From a virus (lineage: Duplodnaviria > Caudoviricetes), in the IMG/VR virus record IMGVR_UViG_3300010234_000140, positions 1 to 51,015 of that record: 51,015 nucleotides of DNA. The stretch is one strand, 5' to 3'. Positions 24,955 to 34,020 of this stretch are shown here, one piece after another (positions within the stretch are counted from its first letter, which is position 1; each line of letters begins with the position of its first letter). The translations under genes were made by a program, and so were the position numbers. The notes under the pieces were generated by a model. It did not search any database. It had not been told where the DNA came from and saw only the letters and a program-made list of their open reading frames with translations.

Positions 24955-25409
24955 CTCTCATCGCAAGTATCCCCAGACTTGGCCCCATAGGTGAATTCAA
25001 GTATCAGTTGGCAGTAGTGTATTGCCTTTCTAATGTCTTCCTCCTTGCCCTTGTCTTGATGCCGTGTGATGTATTTTACCACAGCATGTTCACATGGACC
25101 CATCTTGTTTGCTACGGCGTACTCTAACGGCTGGATAGGGTATTTTTTATAATGGTCTCCACCTATCTGTCGATCTGAGGCGGGGCGAGTGTCCAGCGAG
25201 TCGTCAGTCTCCTCACTCCATATACCTTCTTCACCCCAAGACTTCCACAAGCCCTCTCTAAGCCAACTCTCCTTTATAAGGTACATATCCCCTGCGACAG
25301 GGTAGACGCCTGGAGGGTAGGTATAATCCCTGAACCTGACCTCTTTGTGTATGCGGATTTTCATACCAAGTCCTTCCAAGAACCGTTCTTGGCGTACTCT
25401 TTCATCCAC
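24951..25409 (-). CDS. DUF3310 (T7 gp1.7-like) domain protein
   Basis: QIGGDHYK..IQPLEY...VVKYITRHQDKG..EDIRKAIHY. Confidence 0.85.
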   Translation of the reverse strand: MDERVRQERFLEGLGMKIRIHKEVRFRDYTYPPGVYPVAGDMYLIKESWLREGLWKSWGEEGIWSEETDDSLDTRPASDRQIGGDHYKKYPIQPLEYAVANKMGPCEHAVVKYITRHQDKGKEEDIRKAIHYCQLILEFTYGAKSGDTCDER

Positions 25410-25524
25410 AGTCGTTCTATCTCGTTCTTAGCCCTATTCAACTCATACGCCTGCTTGCTCTTTAAGGCGTCTGTTTGGACTTCCATAAGGTGACGGCGGA
25501 TTTTGTCGATTTGTTTGAATGTGC

Positions 25525-26550
25525 TCACAACCATTTCCTCAATAGATAGTTCATTGATAACTCAAGGAGGTCGTAATCACCATCATGTACTTCGTGCTTG
25601 TAGATCATACCCCTCCAGTGTGCATTTCCCTGTGGACCCATATATGCCTCTTGATGCTGATAGAAGGCTCCTGCAACACACCCTCTAATCCTTCGGTCTC
25701 CAATATATGCCTCTCCTGTTAAGAGGGTTTGCTGATGGCCCATTGTGAATGAACGCTTTAGTTTGTTTAATCTGTTGGGCATCTGCCCTGAGAGGATGTT
25801 CTTTGTTAATGACTCAGGGTTCTGGAAGTAGTGGGAGTAACTTATCCCGTCTATGTCTACAATCTCTCGAAAGTCGTGGAACTCAAACCAATCAGGGATA
25901 TAAAAAAGGTGCCGTCCTAGCACCCCTTCATACCTTACCGGGTCTTCATCTATCACCCGTTGCATTCGGTATTCGTGATTCCCTTCTAGGAAGTGAACCT
26001 CAGGTCGGTAGTCGAGGGTTTCCTCAAACTTACGCATGACCCGATTAGGGAATTCTATATCATCCTTTAACCGCTTACCCTCAAAGTGCTTGGACCCCGG
26101 CTTCTCGTAAGAGGATAGTGAAGGTAAGTCCCACCAATCTCCTGCAATCACGATAACATCAGGTTGTTTATGGTTAGCGTAGTTTGCAGCAGCTATGATG
26201 TGGTCGAAATCAACCCCAGGCTTTAACTGTGTGTCGGGTATGAATAAGTGTTCGCGGGGTTCTCTCTCAAAGGCTTCGGCAAATTCATCCGGGTTGAAGC
26301 CAACTGACGAAGACGGGTTGTTTGCGGTGTGGGTGATGGCCCAATCTAAATCGTTACTTTCCTCTGGTTCTGGTCCCTCTTCGACAGGGTTTTCCATACG
26401 GTTCTTGATTCGTTGGATGTAGGTGGAGACGGTTGCGTGATGACACCCGAGGATGAGCGCCGCCTTTCGACTCGAACCCGCTTCCAAGTACGCTTGGACA
26501 TATCGCATCTCCTTTTCGTTTTCACAATGTGATAGAAGGCTCATAGCCAC
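25525..26550 (-). CDS. Calcineurin-like metallophosphoesterase with N-terminal HTH
   Basis: IPDTQ, AGDWWD, EGNHE, SH, MGHQQ motifs. Confidence 0.85.
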   Translation of the reverse strand: MAMSLLSHCENEKEMRYVQAYLEAGSSRKAALILGCHHATVSTYIQRIKNRMENPVEEGPEPEESNDLDWAITHTANNPSSSVGFNPDEFAEAFEREPREHLFIPDTQLKPGVDFDHIIAAANYANHKQPDVIVIAGDWWDLPSLSSYEKPGSKHFEGKRLKDDIEFPNRVMRKFEETLDYRPEVHFLEGNHEYRMQRVIDEDPVRYEGVLGRHLFYIPDWFEFHDFREIVDIDGISYSHYFQNPESLTKNILSGQMPNRLNKLKRSFTMGHQQTLLTGEAYIGDRRIRGCVAGAFYQHQEAYMGPQGNAHWRGMIYKHEVHDGDYDLLELSMNYLLRKWL

Positions 26551-26966
26551 CCCACAAATTCTATTCTGTCTACGACTCCATTAGCCCTTAGCTCTTCCAT
26601 CCTTTTCAGTTCGTTTCGATAGTGCTTGGCAATTTCTCCCTTGCCTTTAGTCTTTCTATACTCTCTGCCTATATTCGTGTCTTCCTTGAGTTCGTACAAG
26701 ATGTCTTGCTCCTCTTGGGTAAGAACCTGTTCTCGCCTTTCCTGTGTCCCACCATAATGGGAGTGACAACCATAACACAAGGCTTCGGCATTTAGAGGGT
26801 TAAATCGTATACTCCATGACCCTCTACTATGATGATGGGAGCAGTCTAGCCCCCCCCTATTCCCCTCGGGGAAGTATGATGCGCACCTTTCACAATGCCA
26901 GGATGCTCTCTCCCTTACACACTTGGAGAAGACTATGTCGGCGGGGGTGCGCTTAATCCCGCCCAT
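26541..26966 (-). CDS. NinG-like nuclease
   Basis: D.VFSKCVRER...CERC...DCSH..SR....IRF...N..ALCYGCH. Confidence 0.75.
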   Translation of the reverse strand: MGGIKRTPADIVFSKCVRERASWHCERCASYFPEGNRGGLDCSHHHSRGSWSIRFNPLNAEALCYGCHSHYGGTQERREQVLTQEEQDILYELKEDTNIGREYRKTKGKGEIAKHYRNELKRMEELRANGVVDRIEFVGWL

Positions 26967-27727
26967 TATGAATATCCCTTCCGGTTGTCTTCTTCCTGCC
27001 AGGCGGCTAGCTGTCTATCAAACTCCCGCTCTCTCTCCTTGCCGTGTTCTTCCATGATAGCCCTTCCAATCACCTCTATGACTTGAGGGACAACTGCGTT
27101 ACCTAAGGCTCTAACTCTGTGTGACCAATTGGGAACCCCATCATCCATTCTACAAACTCTGGGTGGGGCTTCCCACCTATACGGCTCGCTATCGTGGGTT
27201 CGTTCCTGTTCGCCTCCGAAGGAGCCCCCGTTTCCTTCGATAAGTGAGCTGTGGGTGTGGGCCAATATGTACGTCCTGTCTCTTCGGTGTGGGGCGTCGA
27301 GGGCACAAGCCGGTAGAACAAACGCTCCGCAGGAGTAACCGAGGTTTTCCAGGTCAGAGAGCACTCTGTCGAGTTCCAGTTTGATGATTCCAGTAACGTT
27401 CTCGCCAAAGACGAAATATGGTCGTACTTCCGATATAACACGGAGCATCTGCGGCCAGAGAGCGCGGTCATCCTCCGAGCCTCTTCGGTCCCCGGCAACG
27501 GAATATGGCTGGCAGGGGAATCCTCCGCAAACAACATCAACTGCTCCTCTGTATTGTCTTCCATCGAGTTCCTTTATATCTTCATGTATTGGAATATTGG
27601 GCCAATGTTTCTTTAAGACCTCTCTACAGTAAGGGTCTATCTCACAGAAGGCAGCAGTTTCCATGCCCGCTCTTTCTAAGCCCAGGCTAAAACCGCCTAT
27701 ACCAGAGAAGAGGTCAAGGACTTTCAC
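26966..27727 (-). CDS. DNA (cytosine-5) methyltransferase, alpha subunit
   Basis: Motif I DLFSGIGG, IV GGFPCQ, VI ENV, VIII HRRDR, X RALGNAVVPQ; TRD and motif IX absent. Confidence 0.9.
   Translation of the reverse strand: MKVLDLFSGIGGFSLGLERAGMETAAFCEIDPYCREVLKKHWPNIPIHEDIKELDGRQYRGAVDVVCGGFPCQPYSVAGDRRGSEDDRALWPQMLRVISEVRPYFVFGENVTGIIKLELDRVLSDLENLGYSCGAFVLPACALDAPHRRDRTYILAHTHSSLIEGNGGSFGGEQERTHDSEPYRWEAPPRVCRMDDGVPNWSHRVRALGNAVVPQVIEVIGRAIMEEHGKEREREFDRQLAAWQEEDNRKGYS
27103..27564 (-). CDS. Nested alternative-frame methyltransferase beta subunit
   Basis: GGAG RBS; WPTPTA and PEFVEWMMGFP (motif IX-like). Confidence 0.75.
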   Translation of the reverse strand: MEDNTEEQLMLFAEDSPASHIPLPGTEEARRMTALSGRRCSVLYRKYDHISSLARTLLESSNWNSTECSLTWKTSVTPAERLFYRLVPSTPHTEETGRTYWPTPTAHLSKETGAPSEANRNEPTIASRIGGKPHPEFVEWMMGFPIGHTELEP

Positions 27728-28062
27728 CGTATAACCTTTCCTTCCTTAGAGAACCGGGAGCGCCATGTCTCCCATTTCTTACAGGCGTGGTCTACCATCA
27801 TAGCCATACCCTTCTCTTCGATCTTAGCGTAACCCGTTGCCACTTGTCGGTCAAGCCATTCTGGGTCAGCTTCCGCTGATTGTTTGGACCTCGTAGCTCC
27901 AACCTTATCAGCCAGCACTTCAGCAGTAGCGGAAGTCTTGTGCTTGTGCTCTGCCTCTAGTTTGACAGCCTTTCGTGCGCTCTTAGCCCACAGTTTAATG
28001 GCGTTGTGTATCCCGTCAAGGAGTTCGTCATGTTCGTCTTTAAAACTACCATCTTCATTCAT
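27724..28062 (-). CDS. Conserved helical phage protein
   Basis: AEADPEW...WETWRS; ATGA coupling to upstream gene. Confidence 0.65.
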   Translation of the reverse strand: MNEDGSFKDEHDELLDGIHNAIKLWAKSARKAVKLEAEHKHKTSATAEVLADKVGATRSKQSAEADPEWLDRQVATGYAKIEEKGMAMMVDHACKKWETWRSRFSKEGKVIR

Positions 28063-28247
28063 GCGTGTCTCCACTTTAAGCCGCGTACTGTCTGAGATAT
28101 GGTCGATTGAGATACTGCAAACTTCTCCGCTATCTCCTTTTGGGGCATGCCATCCGCATACAATTGGCAAATTATGGGAACGTCTTCCTCTGTGAGTTTA
28201 GCGTTATGCCTCTTAGACCCTCGTTCGTGGTTTTCGTGTAGTTTCAT
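28059..28247 (-). CDS. Stand-alone HTH (like C-terminal domain of HNH endonucleases)
   Basis: RGS..HNAKLTE..V..I....GMPQKEIAEKFAVSQSTIS..W. Confidence 0.75.
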   Translation of the reverse strand: MKLHENHERGSKRHNAKLTEEDVPIICQLYADGMPQKEIAEKFAVSQSTISQTVRGLKWRHA

Positions 28248-29038
28248 TCGCAGAACCCTCCATCACACCCAACCCCTGTCCCACCAAACATATCTTCATG
28301 ACCAGGGAGGAATTTGTCTCTCGAAGCCCATTCAATCACCTCTCGAATCCCTGCCGCGCCGCCCTTCTTTTTAGCGCGGAACATATACTTAGGATTGCCA
28401 GAGCGTACACCAACCCCCATCTCTTCTTCAAACACCTCTATTAGGTGTATGCGGTCTTCATCAACCCCTCTAAGGTCGGTCTTGTTTGCGTTAACGCAGG
28501 GGTAGCATTCTTGTGATCTATGAGGAAGCGGTTCAAACCCCGCCCTCTCTAAGAGAGCGTCCCGCATTTCGTCTGTATGGTTTACTAGCGGTGCCCACAA
28601 TGGCCTACCACCATGCTCCATTGAGCCTTCCATGTATTCGGGGAAGTCCTTTCTGTTCTCGGACTCACATCTCCGAATGCCAACCAAGCAAGTAGTGCCT
28701 TTGGGCATGTTCTCATCAAGCCATTCTAAAGCAGGGAGTCGTTTAAGGTGTTCTGTGCAAAACTGCATCCCTTGTCTTGGGAAAGCCTTCTTCCTGCGAA
28801 CCAAATCCATGAACCCTTCCGACTCTGTTCTAGCCGTCTCGAACCCGCACTGTTGCGCCCAGTTCTCGCACTCCACCACCCGATCTTCCCACCAAGGAGC
28901 AGCCCACCCTGTATCGTTATACAGAATAGTGTACTTCTCCTCTCTCTCCATGCGGTTGTCCCTAACCCACTGAATGAGGGCTAGAGAGTCATTACCGTAG
29001 CTGGCGAAGATCACATGGCTCAATGCCATTTCCTCCAA
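28244..29038 (-). CDS. PAPS reductase-like (PP-loop) protein
   Basis: SYGNDS, YNDTGW, QFCT..LK, GIRRCESENR, CYPC. Confidence 0.85.
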   Translation of the reverse strand: MEEMALSHVIFASYGNDSLALIQWVRDNRMEREEKYTILYNDTGWAAPWWEDRVVECENWAQQCGFETARTESEGFMDLVRRKKAFPRQGMQFCTEHLKRLPALEWLDENMPKGTTCLVGIRRCESENRKDFPEYMEGSMEHGGRPLWAPLVNHTDEMRDALLERAGFEPLPHRSQECYPCVNANKTDLRGVDEDRIHLIEVFEEEMGVGVRSGNPKYMFRAKKKGGAAGIREVIEWASRDKFLPGHEDMFGGTGVGCDGGFCE

Positions 29039-29202
29039 GCCACCAATCCAAAAAAAGTGGATATGGTGAAATAAAAAAGAAGCAGTGGCAGCGGAGCCTC
29101 ATTGACAACCCCTACCAATGTACAGATGCCCGCTAAAATGCTAAGGAACCAAGCTAAATCCACTGCTTCTTTCAAAAGGTGCCCCCTAGTGGCGCGAACC
29201 AC
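29020..29202 (-). CDS. Small two-TM protein
   Basis: Two hydrophobic segments. Confidence 0.5.
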   Translation of the reverse strand: MVRATRGHLLKEAVDLAWFLSILAGICTLVGVVNEAPLPLLLFYFTISTFFGLVAWRKWH

Positions 29203-29261
29203 TCTGCCGTATTATTAAGTTTAGTTGCAACACTTGAACGTTTAACTACGCGGCGGGGGCA

Positions 29262-29510
29262 TTAAGACTGATATTCATTTATCATCAACCGCAACTCCAA
29301 GGGGAGGGGTGGGAATAAATTTGGATGACTGGCTATTGACTCCAGAAACCGTACTGAGGCTCCAGGGGCTTTAGACCAGATGTAGTGCCTGTCGTTAACA
29401 GACTTCGTAACTCTGCGCTCACCAACATAGTAACCCGTCTTCAGGTCTGATGGCAGACGCTTGGTATCTGACTCGAACTTACTTACAATCATTGGTCTTC
29501 TCCTAACCAT
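29262..29510 (-). CDS. Hypothetical protein
   Basis: Co-oriented, coupled. Confidence 0.55.
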   Translation of the reverse strand: MVRRRPMIVSKFESDTKRLPSDLKTGYYVGERRVTKSVNDRHYIWSKAPGASVRFLESIASHPNLFPPLPLELRLMINEYQS

Positions 29511-29812
29511 TGTCTAGCTTTTTCCAGCCTTCTCACATATGCGCTGTGGTAGGCTTGATATGTAATCTTACTCCACCCTTCTCTCGGTGTAAAGGCTTTA
29601 GCTCCACTAAAGAAGTCAATAAAGTCTCCGCTATCATCAAATCCTTTAGCCATGCCGTTGACAATGTGCATGTAGGTTTTTGCGTCACGATCACCCTTAA
29701 CCCAATACGTTTTTTCCAAGGAGCCGGACTTCTTGCTTCTGGCGGATTTCTCTCTAATAACCTCAGAGTAAATAGAGTCGAGAGTCTTGTCTGTGCAGGC
29801 TGTCAGGTCCAC
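29489..29812 (-). CDS. Hypothetical protein
   Basis: Co-oriented, coupled. Confidence 0.6.
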   Translation of the reverse strand: MDLTACTDKTLDSIYSEVIREKSARSKKSGSLEKTYWVKGDRDAKTYMHIVNGMAKGFDDSGDFIDFFSGAKAFTPREGWSKITYQAYHSAYVRRLEKARQWLGEDQ

Positions 29813-30237
29813 TGTCCACCTCTCAACTGTAGGCTGGTGTTGGTTGGAGTAACGCCCCAGGGTTGGCGAGTCACCCTCATGATTAACTCTGTGACCTCTT
29901 CGTCACAGCACCCTCTACATAATTCACTCTCAGGGGGGAAAGAAGGTTCTGCCAAGGTCTGCTTACACCCAACACAATACTTCTTTGTGTGAATCCCCAT
30001 TGCTAGTACGCGGTCCCTAACCTCCTGAACAGGCACGTTATACTTGTGGGATATGTTGTTTGCGGTTCCGTTATAGCAGGTAGAAGCGAACTCCTTATCA
30101 GGGATTTCCCACATCCTCGCAATAGAAGCAGAGCGCAAGCACTTCTTGCAGTTCCCCGTCAGCCCGCTTCTCGTGCGTAGGCATTTGTTGAACTCAGATT
30201 CGTCCAAAGACTTCTTACACCCAATACAGGTCTTCAT
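29803..30237 (-). CDS. Zn-finger protein (two CxxC..CxxC units)
   Basis: KTCIGCK...CKKC and KYCVGCK...CRGC. Confidence 0.65.
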   Translation of the reverse strand: MKTCIGCKKSLDESEFNKCLRTRSGLTGNCKKCLRSASIARMWEIPDKEFASTCYNGTANNISHKYNVPVQEVRDRVLAMGIHTKKYCVGCKQTLAEPSFPPESELCRGCCDEEVTELIMRVTRQPWGVTPTNTSLQLRGGQWT

Positions 30238-30503
30238 ACTCGCTCCAGCGCGTCATCATAAAGGCTTTTAAGGTGTGGGCGTGTTTTAACCCTCTTTGGG
30301 AAGTGTCTTTTAATGTTTGAGATGCTACTAGGGTCCATGTCCAACACCCTCGCTACTTCGGGTTGGCTTCGGCCAGTTTCCATTAAGATCATGGCAACAG
30401 TCCATCTTGCATCTACCGCTGTAGGGCCACTGCTCATGTAAAACTCTGACTCATCCATCTCAACAGCATCTATAACGGATTTTATTATTTCGCTTGGCTT
30501 CAT
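30234..30503 (-). CDS. DnaA C-terminal-like HTH protein
   Basis: ARWTVAMIL..GRSQPEVARVLDMDPSSI. Confidence 0.6.
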   Translation of the reverse strand: MKPSEIIKSVIDAVEMDESEFYMSSGPTAVDARWTVAMILMETGRSQPEVARVLDMDPSSISNIKRHFPKRVKTRPHLKSLYDDALERV

Positions 30504-30558
30504 GTCTTCTCCTCAAGTGAGGCGTTAGAGTCTCACCTGAGAAATGGGTTGTCAACAA

Positions 30559-30813
30559 TTAAAACGGAATATCGTCGTCAAAGCCTTCAGTTACCTGCTC
30601 TGCAACCTTGCTAACCGCAGACTCAACAGTCTCTTTGGGTTGGACAGAGAGGGATTGATAGCGGTCTCCCGCCTTGCTCGTTTGAGTCCAGGCTGACAGC
30701 CAGTAGACCTTTCCCTCGATATTAATCTCGCCCTTCGCATGAGGGTGATTCTCAGTCTCTCGCTTATCGTTCTTGAACAAAACGCCACGGTTGGTGTTGT
30801 CGAAGTCACTCAT
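30559..30813 (-). CDS. Small SSB-like protein
   Basis: NRGVLFKN...YWLSAW...YQSLSV; acidic DDDIPF tail. Confidence 0.75.
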   Translation of the reverse strand: MSDFDNTNRGVLFKNDKRETENHPHAKGEINIEGKVYWLSAWTQTSKAGDRYQSLSVQPKETVESAVSKVAEQVTEGFDDDIPF

Positions 30814-31002
30814 CTAATGTACCTGCTTGTGTTGGTGGTAAAGATAGCCTGCCAAGAATGATGACCGGGCTAGTTGTCCTGGGTCTTGATCTGGTTTAAG
30901 AGAGGTTATCCCTTCGATAGCATCAAGCTCTTCTCGAAGATTTATCGCCTCGGCAGTTGATTTAGGACCGCTGATGGCATCTAAAAATTCTGTAACATCC
31001 AT
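30814..31002 (-). CDS. Hypothetical protein
   Basis: 62 aa, coupled. Confidence 0.55.
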   Translation of the reverse strand: MDVTEFLDAISGPKSTAEAINLREELDAIEGITSLKPDQDPGQLARSSFLAGYLYHQHKQVH

Positions 31003-31370
31003 TATCTATTAGCCCCTGTAGGTCTTCCTATGATCTTAAAGATTTCTTCCATTGCCGCCAAACCCTCTTCTCGTGAAACTACTTTAATAGGGTCGGGCTT
31101 TTGAAATTCCTGATGCGCAGGATGTACCACTTTCGGCCCTATGTCAAGGGAATCATTGAACATTTTTTGATTCATGTACGTGGCGGGGTAAGGGATAAAG
31201 GTTACATTAACCCAGCTACGGTCCCTATCCTGTCGATCTCTACTATCCTTGATAGCCTGAATCCTTTCGGCCAATCTCAACTTAGTCCAGGCAATTTCGG
31301 CCTTTTGCTTTCCTACCTTCCTTGGATATCCATTCCAGAACTCTTCAAAGTCCACTGTTATATCTTTCAT
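31002..31370 (-). CDS. Replication-initiator C-terminal-like domain protein
   Basis: FEEFWNGYPRKVGKQKA..AW..L and FIPYPATYMNQ motifs; AAGGAG RBS. Confidence 0.7.
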   Translation of the reverse strand: MKDITVDFEEFWNGYPRKVGKQKAEIAWTKLRLAERIQAIKDSRDRQDRDRSWVNVTFIPYPATYMNQKMFNDSLDIGPKVVHPAHQEFQKPDPIKVVSREEGLAAMEEIFKIIGRPTGANR

Positions 31371-31393
31371 AGCTTCTCCTTTGATTCCCCTTA

Positions 31394-31428
31394 ACCCTAT
31401 ACTCTGTTATCAGAGGTGTCAACCTCTT
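31394..31428 (-). promoter_or_regulatory. Sigma70-like promoter with overlapping palindromes
   Basis: TTGACA-N17-TAGGGT; AGAGGT-TGAC-ACCTCT and CTCTG-ATAA-CAGAG. Confidence 0.55.
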
Positions 31429-31575
31429 TGGGTAATCACTAGCAGGCGGGTGAGAGGAGGTAATACCCCCCAAACCCCCCATTCAAATGAAAGGTTTGGA
31501 GAGGGTCATACTAGCAGGCCGGAGCCGAGTATGGCAGTACCACATGCAATTTAACGTCGTCTTGTGGTTGCGCCC

Positions 31576-31797
31576 CTACGACGGGAAGGTAGTATTAATC
31601 TCTTCCAACAATCCTTCCATAGACTTAGCCAGCACTGAAGCTGGATTATCTCCGGTAGTGATTATCTTGATACTCCCATCATCATTGACTATAATAGCCG
31701 CTGACTTATCCCCCAAAGTAATAGAAGAGCCACCCCTAGTTCTGATCGAACTACGAGAGGGGGAAGGAGGAGAAGTATTCTCGTTGGGGTGACTCAT
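31576..31797 (-). CDS. Hypothetical protein (possibly leaderless)
   Basis: 73 aa; TTGATT-N17-TAGCGT ends 6 nt before ATG. Confidence 0.45.
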   Translation of the reverse strand: MSHPNENTSPPSPSRSSIRTRGGSSITLGDKSAAIIVNDDGSIKIITTGDNPASVLAKSMEGLLEEINTTFPS

Positions 31798-31844
31798 ACC
31801 AAAACGCTAACACACCTATATATGAAAATCAAGCGGAAATGTTG

Positions 31845-31873
31845 TTGACAGAGAGGAAAATGTTGATTATTGT
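31845..31873 (+). promoter_or_regulatory. Rightward early promoter
   Basis: TTGACA-N17-TATTGT followed by AAGGAG and ATG 31900. Confidence 0.7.
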
Positions 31874-31899
31874 GTCTGGACTTTCAAAGGAGAAGTGTA

Positions 31900-32037
31900 A
31901 TGATATTCAAGGCTAAATGCACAAGATGTGGACATCGAGCAGAGATTACCCCTGCTTGGAAGTACCGCCACGTTACTATATGCCAGCAGTGTTTCAGGCG
32001 TACTATGAAGATAGGAGAGCAGATCAGTGCTCGATAG
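31900..32037 (+). CDS. Zn-ribbon peptide, 45 aa (not in track)
   Basis: MIFKAKCTRCG...ICQQCF; strong RBS. Confidence 0.6.
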   Translation: MIFKAKCTRCGHRAEITPAWKYRHVTICQQCFRRTMKIGEQISAR

Positions 32038-33509
32038 AATCGCGGGGGGTTATGACCCTCAACACGCAGAAGATGACAACAGACCTCTTTGGACAGTAAC
32101 GGTAACTTACCAAGTAGCTGCCTGGACTGAAGAAGATGCTAAGATAGAGGTTAATGACTTCCCAATGAGTGAAGCACAGTACTTGAGTACACATGTGGAG
32201 CAACAATGAGTATTCATGATTTAGACGCAATAGACCCACCAGAAGTGTTTGAGCTGACTCCTGAGGAGGCGGCTATGGTTTATGAGGTTCTTGGTCAGCT
32301 TTCAACGAGGGACAGTACTTATGACTTGTTCCGACAGTTGACGAAATTCTTGGCACACCACCCGCGCCTTGAAAGGGCATACCGATTTGAAATGAGGGTT
32401 GTTGAGAATGGATAAAGAGTTAAAAGAGAAGTGGTTGGCGAGGATGCGAGACCCTGAGTTTGAACACTGCAAGGGTACACTAAGGAATGGGGATGCTTTC
32501 TGCGCGATTGGTGCTTTGGCAGATGTCACAGACCCGGATGGGTGGGTCAAGGAGGAGGGTGTTTGGTATCACCCTGCGGTCATCTCCTATCTCCCAGGCC
32601 GTAAATACCTCATTGGTGGGTGTACTTCTGAAGAGGTTGAGGCGCTGTGGCGATACAACGACGCCATTAAGCATACCCCTAAAGATATAGCCGACTACAT
32701 AGAGGAGAGCCTGTGAAACCAGAAAAACCATTATTTTGGTTGATGTTGGTAATAGCTGCGGTTATTATAAACCTGATCGTTATTAAGTATTTGTTGGGAG
32801 GGTGATGTGAACTACCACAAAGATTTTGAAGACTTAAATATGACCGTTTGGGGGTTTAGTTTCGAACAACACTATATGCCGGTGCAAGTTGAGGTTCGCC
32901 ACGGGGCGAGCGTGACTACTCTAAACTTTACGGCTAATGACGCCGAGGGGTTGGCTATTGCCCTTCAAGCTGCTGCCGCCTTCGTGAGGAATGAAGAATG
33001 GAAAACCTTGTAATCGTAATAGAGCACACGTATCCTCCCATTCCTATTAGAGACTTTGATTGGCATGCGTATTTGGATGGAAGAGAGGAAGATGGTAACT
33101 ACGGACATGGCAGGACAAAGTATCAAGCCCTGCATGACCTTATAGATAGGTTGGAGGAAGAAGATGAATAGAGAAGAGATGTATGAGAAGTGGTTGGCTT
33201 TGCTGGCAGAGAAGAGGGTGTTTGATCTATCAATAGAAGACCTCGATGCTGACAGAAACGCCTTAATGTCTCAGATATACGAGATAGAACAGATATTGGA
33301 TGCAGAACATGCCAACGACGTATGAGTGCATAAAAGACCTGCGCGAGCATGCCAAATCGCGCACGAACGGTAGGCCCTTTGAATACCATGATGTTGACTT
33401 GATAGAGTGGGCTGCTGACGAACTAACCCGGCTTTTGGAGATGCTCGCAGAGCGCGGGGAAGAAGTCTATGAACTAAGGAAGGAGATTAGAGAAAAAAAT
33501 GACAAATGA
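32027..33509 (+). other. Cluster of about 8 small coupled early ORFs (32027-32209, 32206-32415, ~32408-32716, 32807-33013, 32998-33171, 33164-33325, ~33309-33509)
   Basis: Overlapping start/stop codons; 32998-33171 carries YPPIPIRDFDW motif; 32408 ORF carries KEKWL...FCAIGAL motif. Confidence 0.65.
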
Positions 33510-34020
33510 ACAAATGTTTCGACTGTTAGCATGGCCGTTCCCTGAATCCGACATTCATTGGAGGGTGGGGGCGAGGACTAAGGACAAGTCTAAAGGGATT
33601 GCTCTTGCTTATTTGGATGCAAGGGATGTGATGTACCGCCTTGATGATGTGGTAGGACCAGAGAACTGGGATAGCCACCATGAGATTCAGGATGGGAAGT
33701 GCATCTGCACTATATCCGTGACTTTGGTGGATGCTGATGAGTTCCCTGGCGTCGTATCAAAGGCTGATGGGGCAGGGGCTACTGACGTTGAAGGAGAGAA
33801 GGGGATGATATCAGACGCCTTTAAGAGGGCTGCTGTATCCTTTGGAATAGGAAGGTATTTATACTCAATTCCGAACAAGTGGTATCAACTGAATGAGTAC
33901 GGGAACAAGTTCGTAGAAAGCCCTCAGTTGCCTTCTTGGGCTACCCCTGAGGGTTGGGGTCAAGTAGAGCAGAAAAGGGCTGAGAAGCGCTCAGAGTTGC
34001 TGGAGAGGGCTAATGCCTGA
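33499..34020 (+). CDS. Rad52/Rad22-like (Sak) ssDNA-annealing protein
   Basis: PF...I.WRVG, LAYLDARDVM.RLD.V.G..NW, KG..SDAFKRAAV.FGIGRYLY. Confidence 0.92.
   Translation: MTNEQMFRLLAWPFPESDIHWRVGARTKDKSKGIALAYLDARDVMYRLDDVVGPENWDSHHEIQDGKCICTISVTLVDADEFPGVVSKADGAGATDVEGEKGMISDAFKRAAVSFGIGRYLYSIPNKWYQLNEYGNKFVESPQLPSWATPEGWGQVEQKRAEKRSELLERANA

Noticed and set aside
28059-28247. HNH homing endonuclease
   Set aside because: Only the HTH part is present; no HNH catalytic motif
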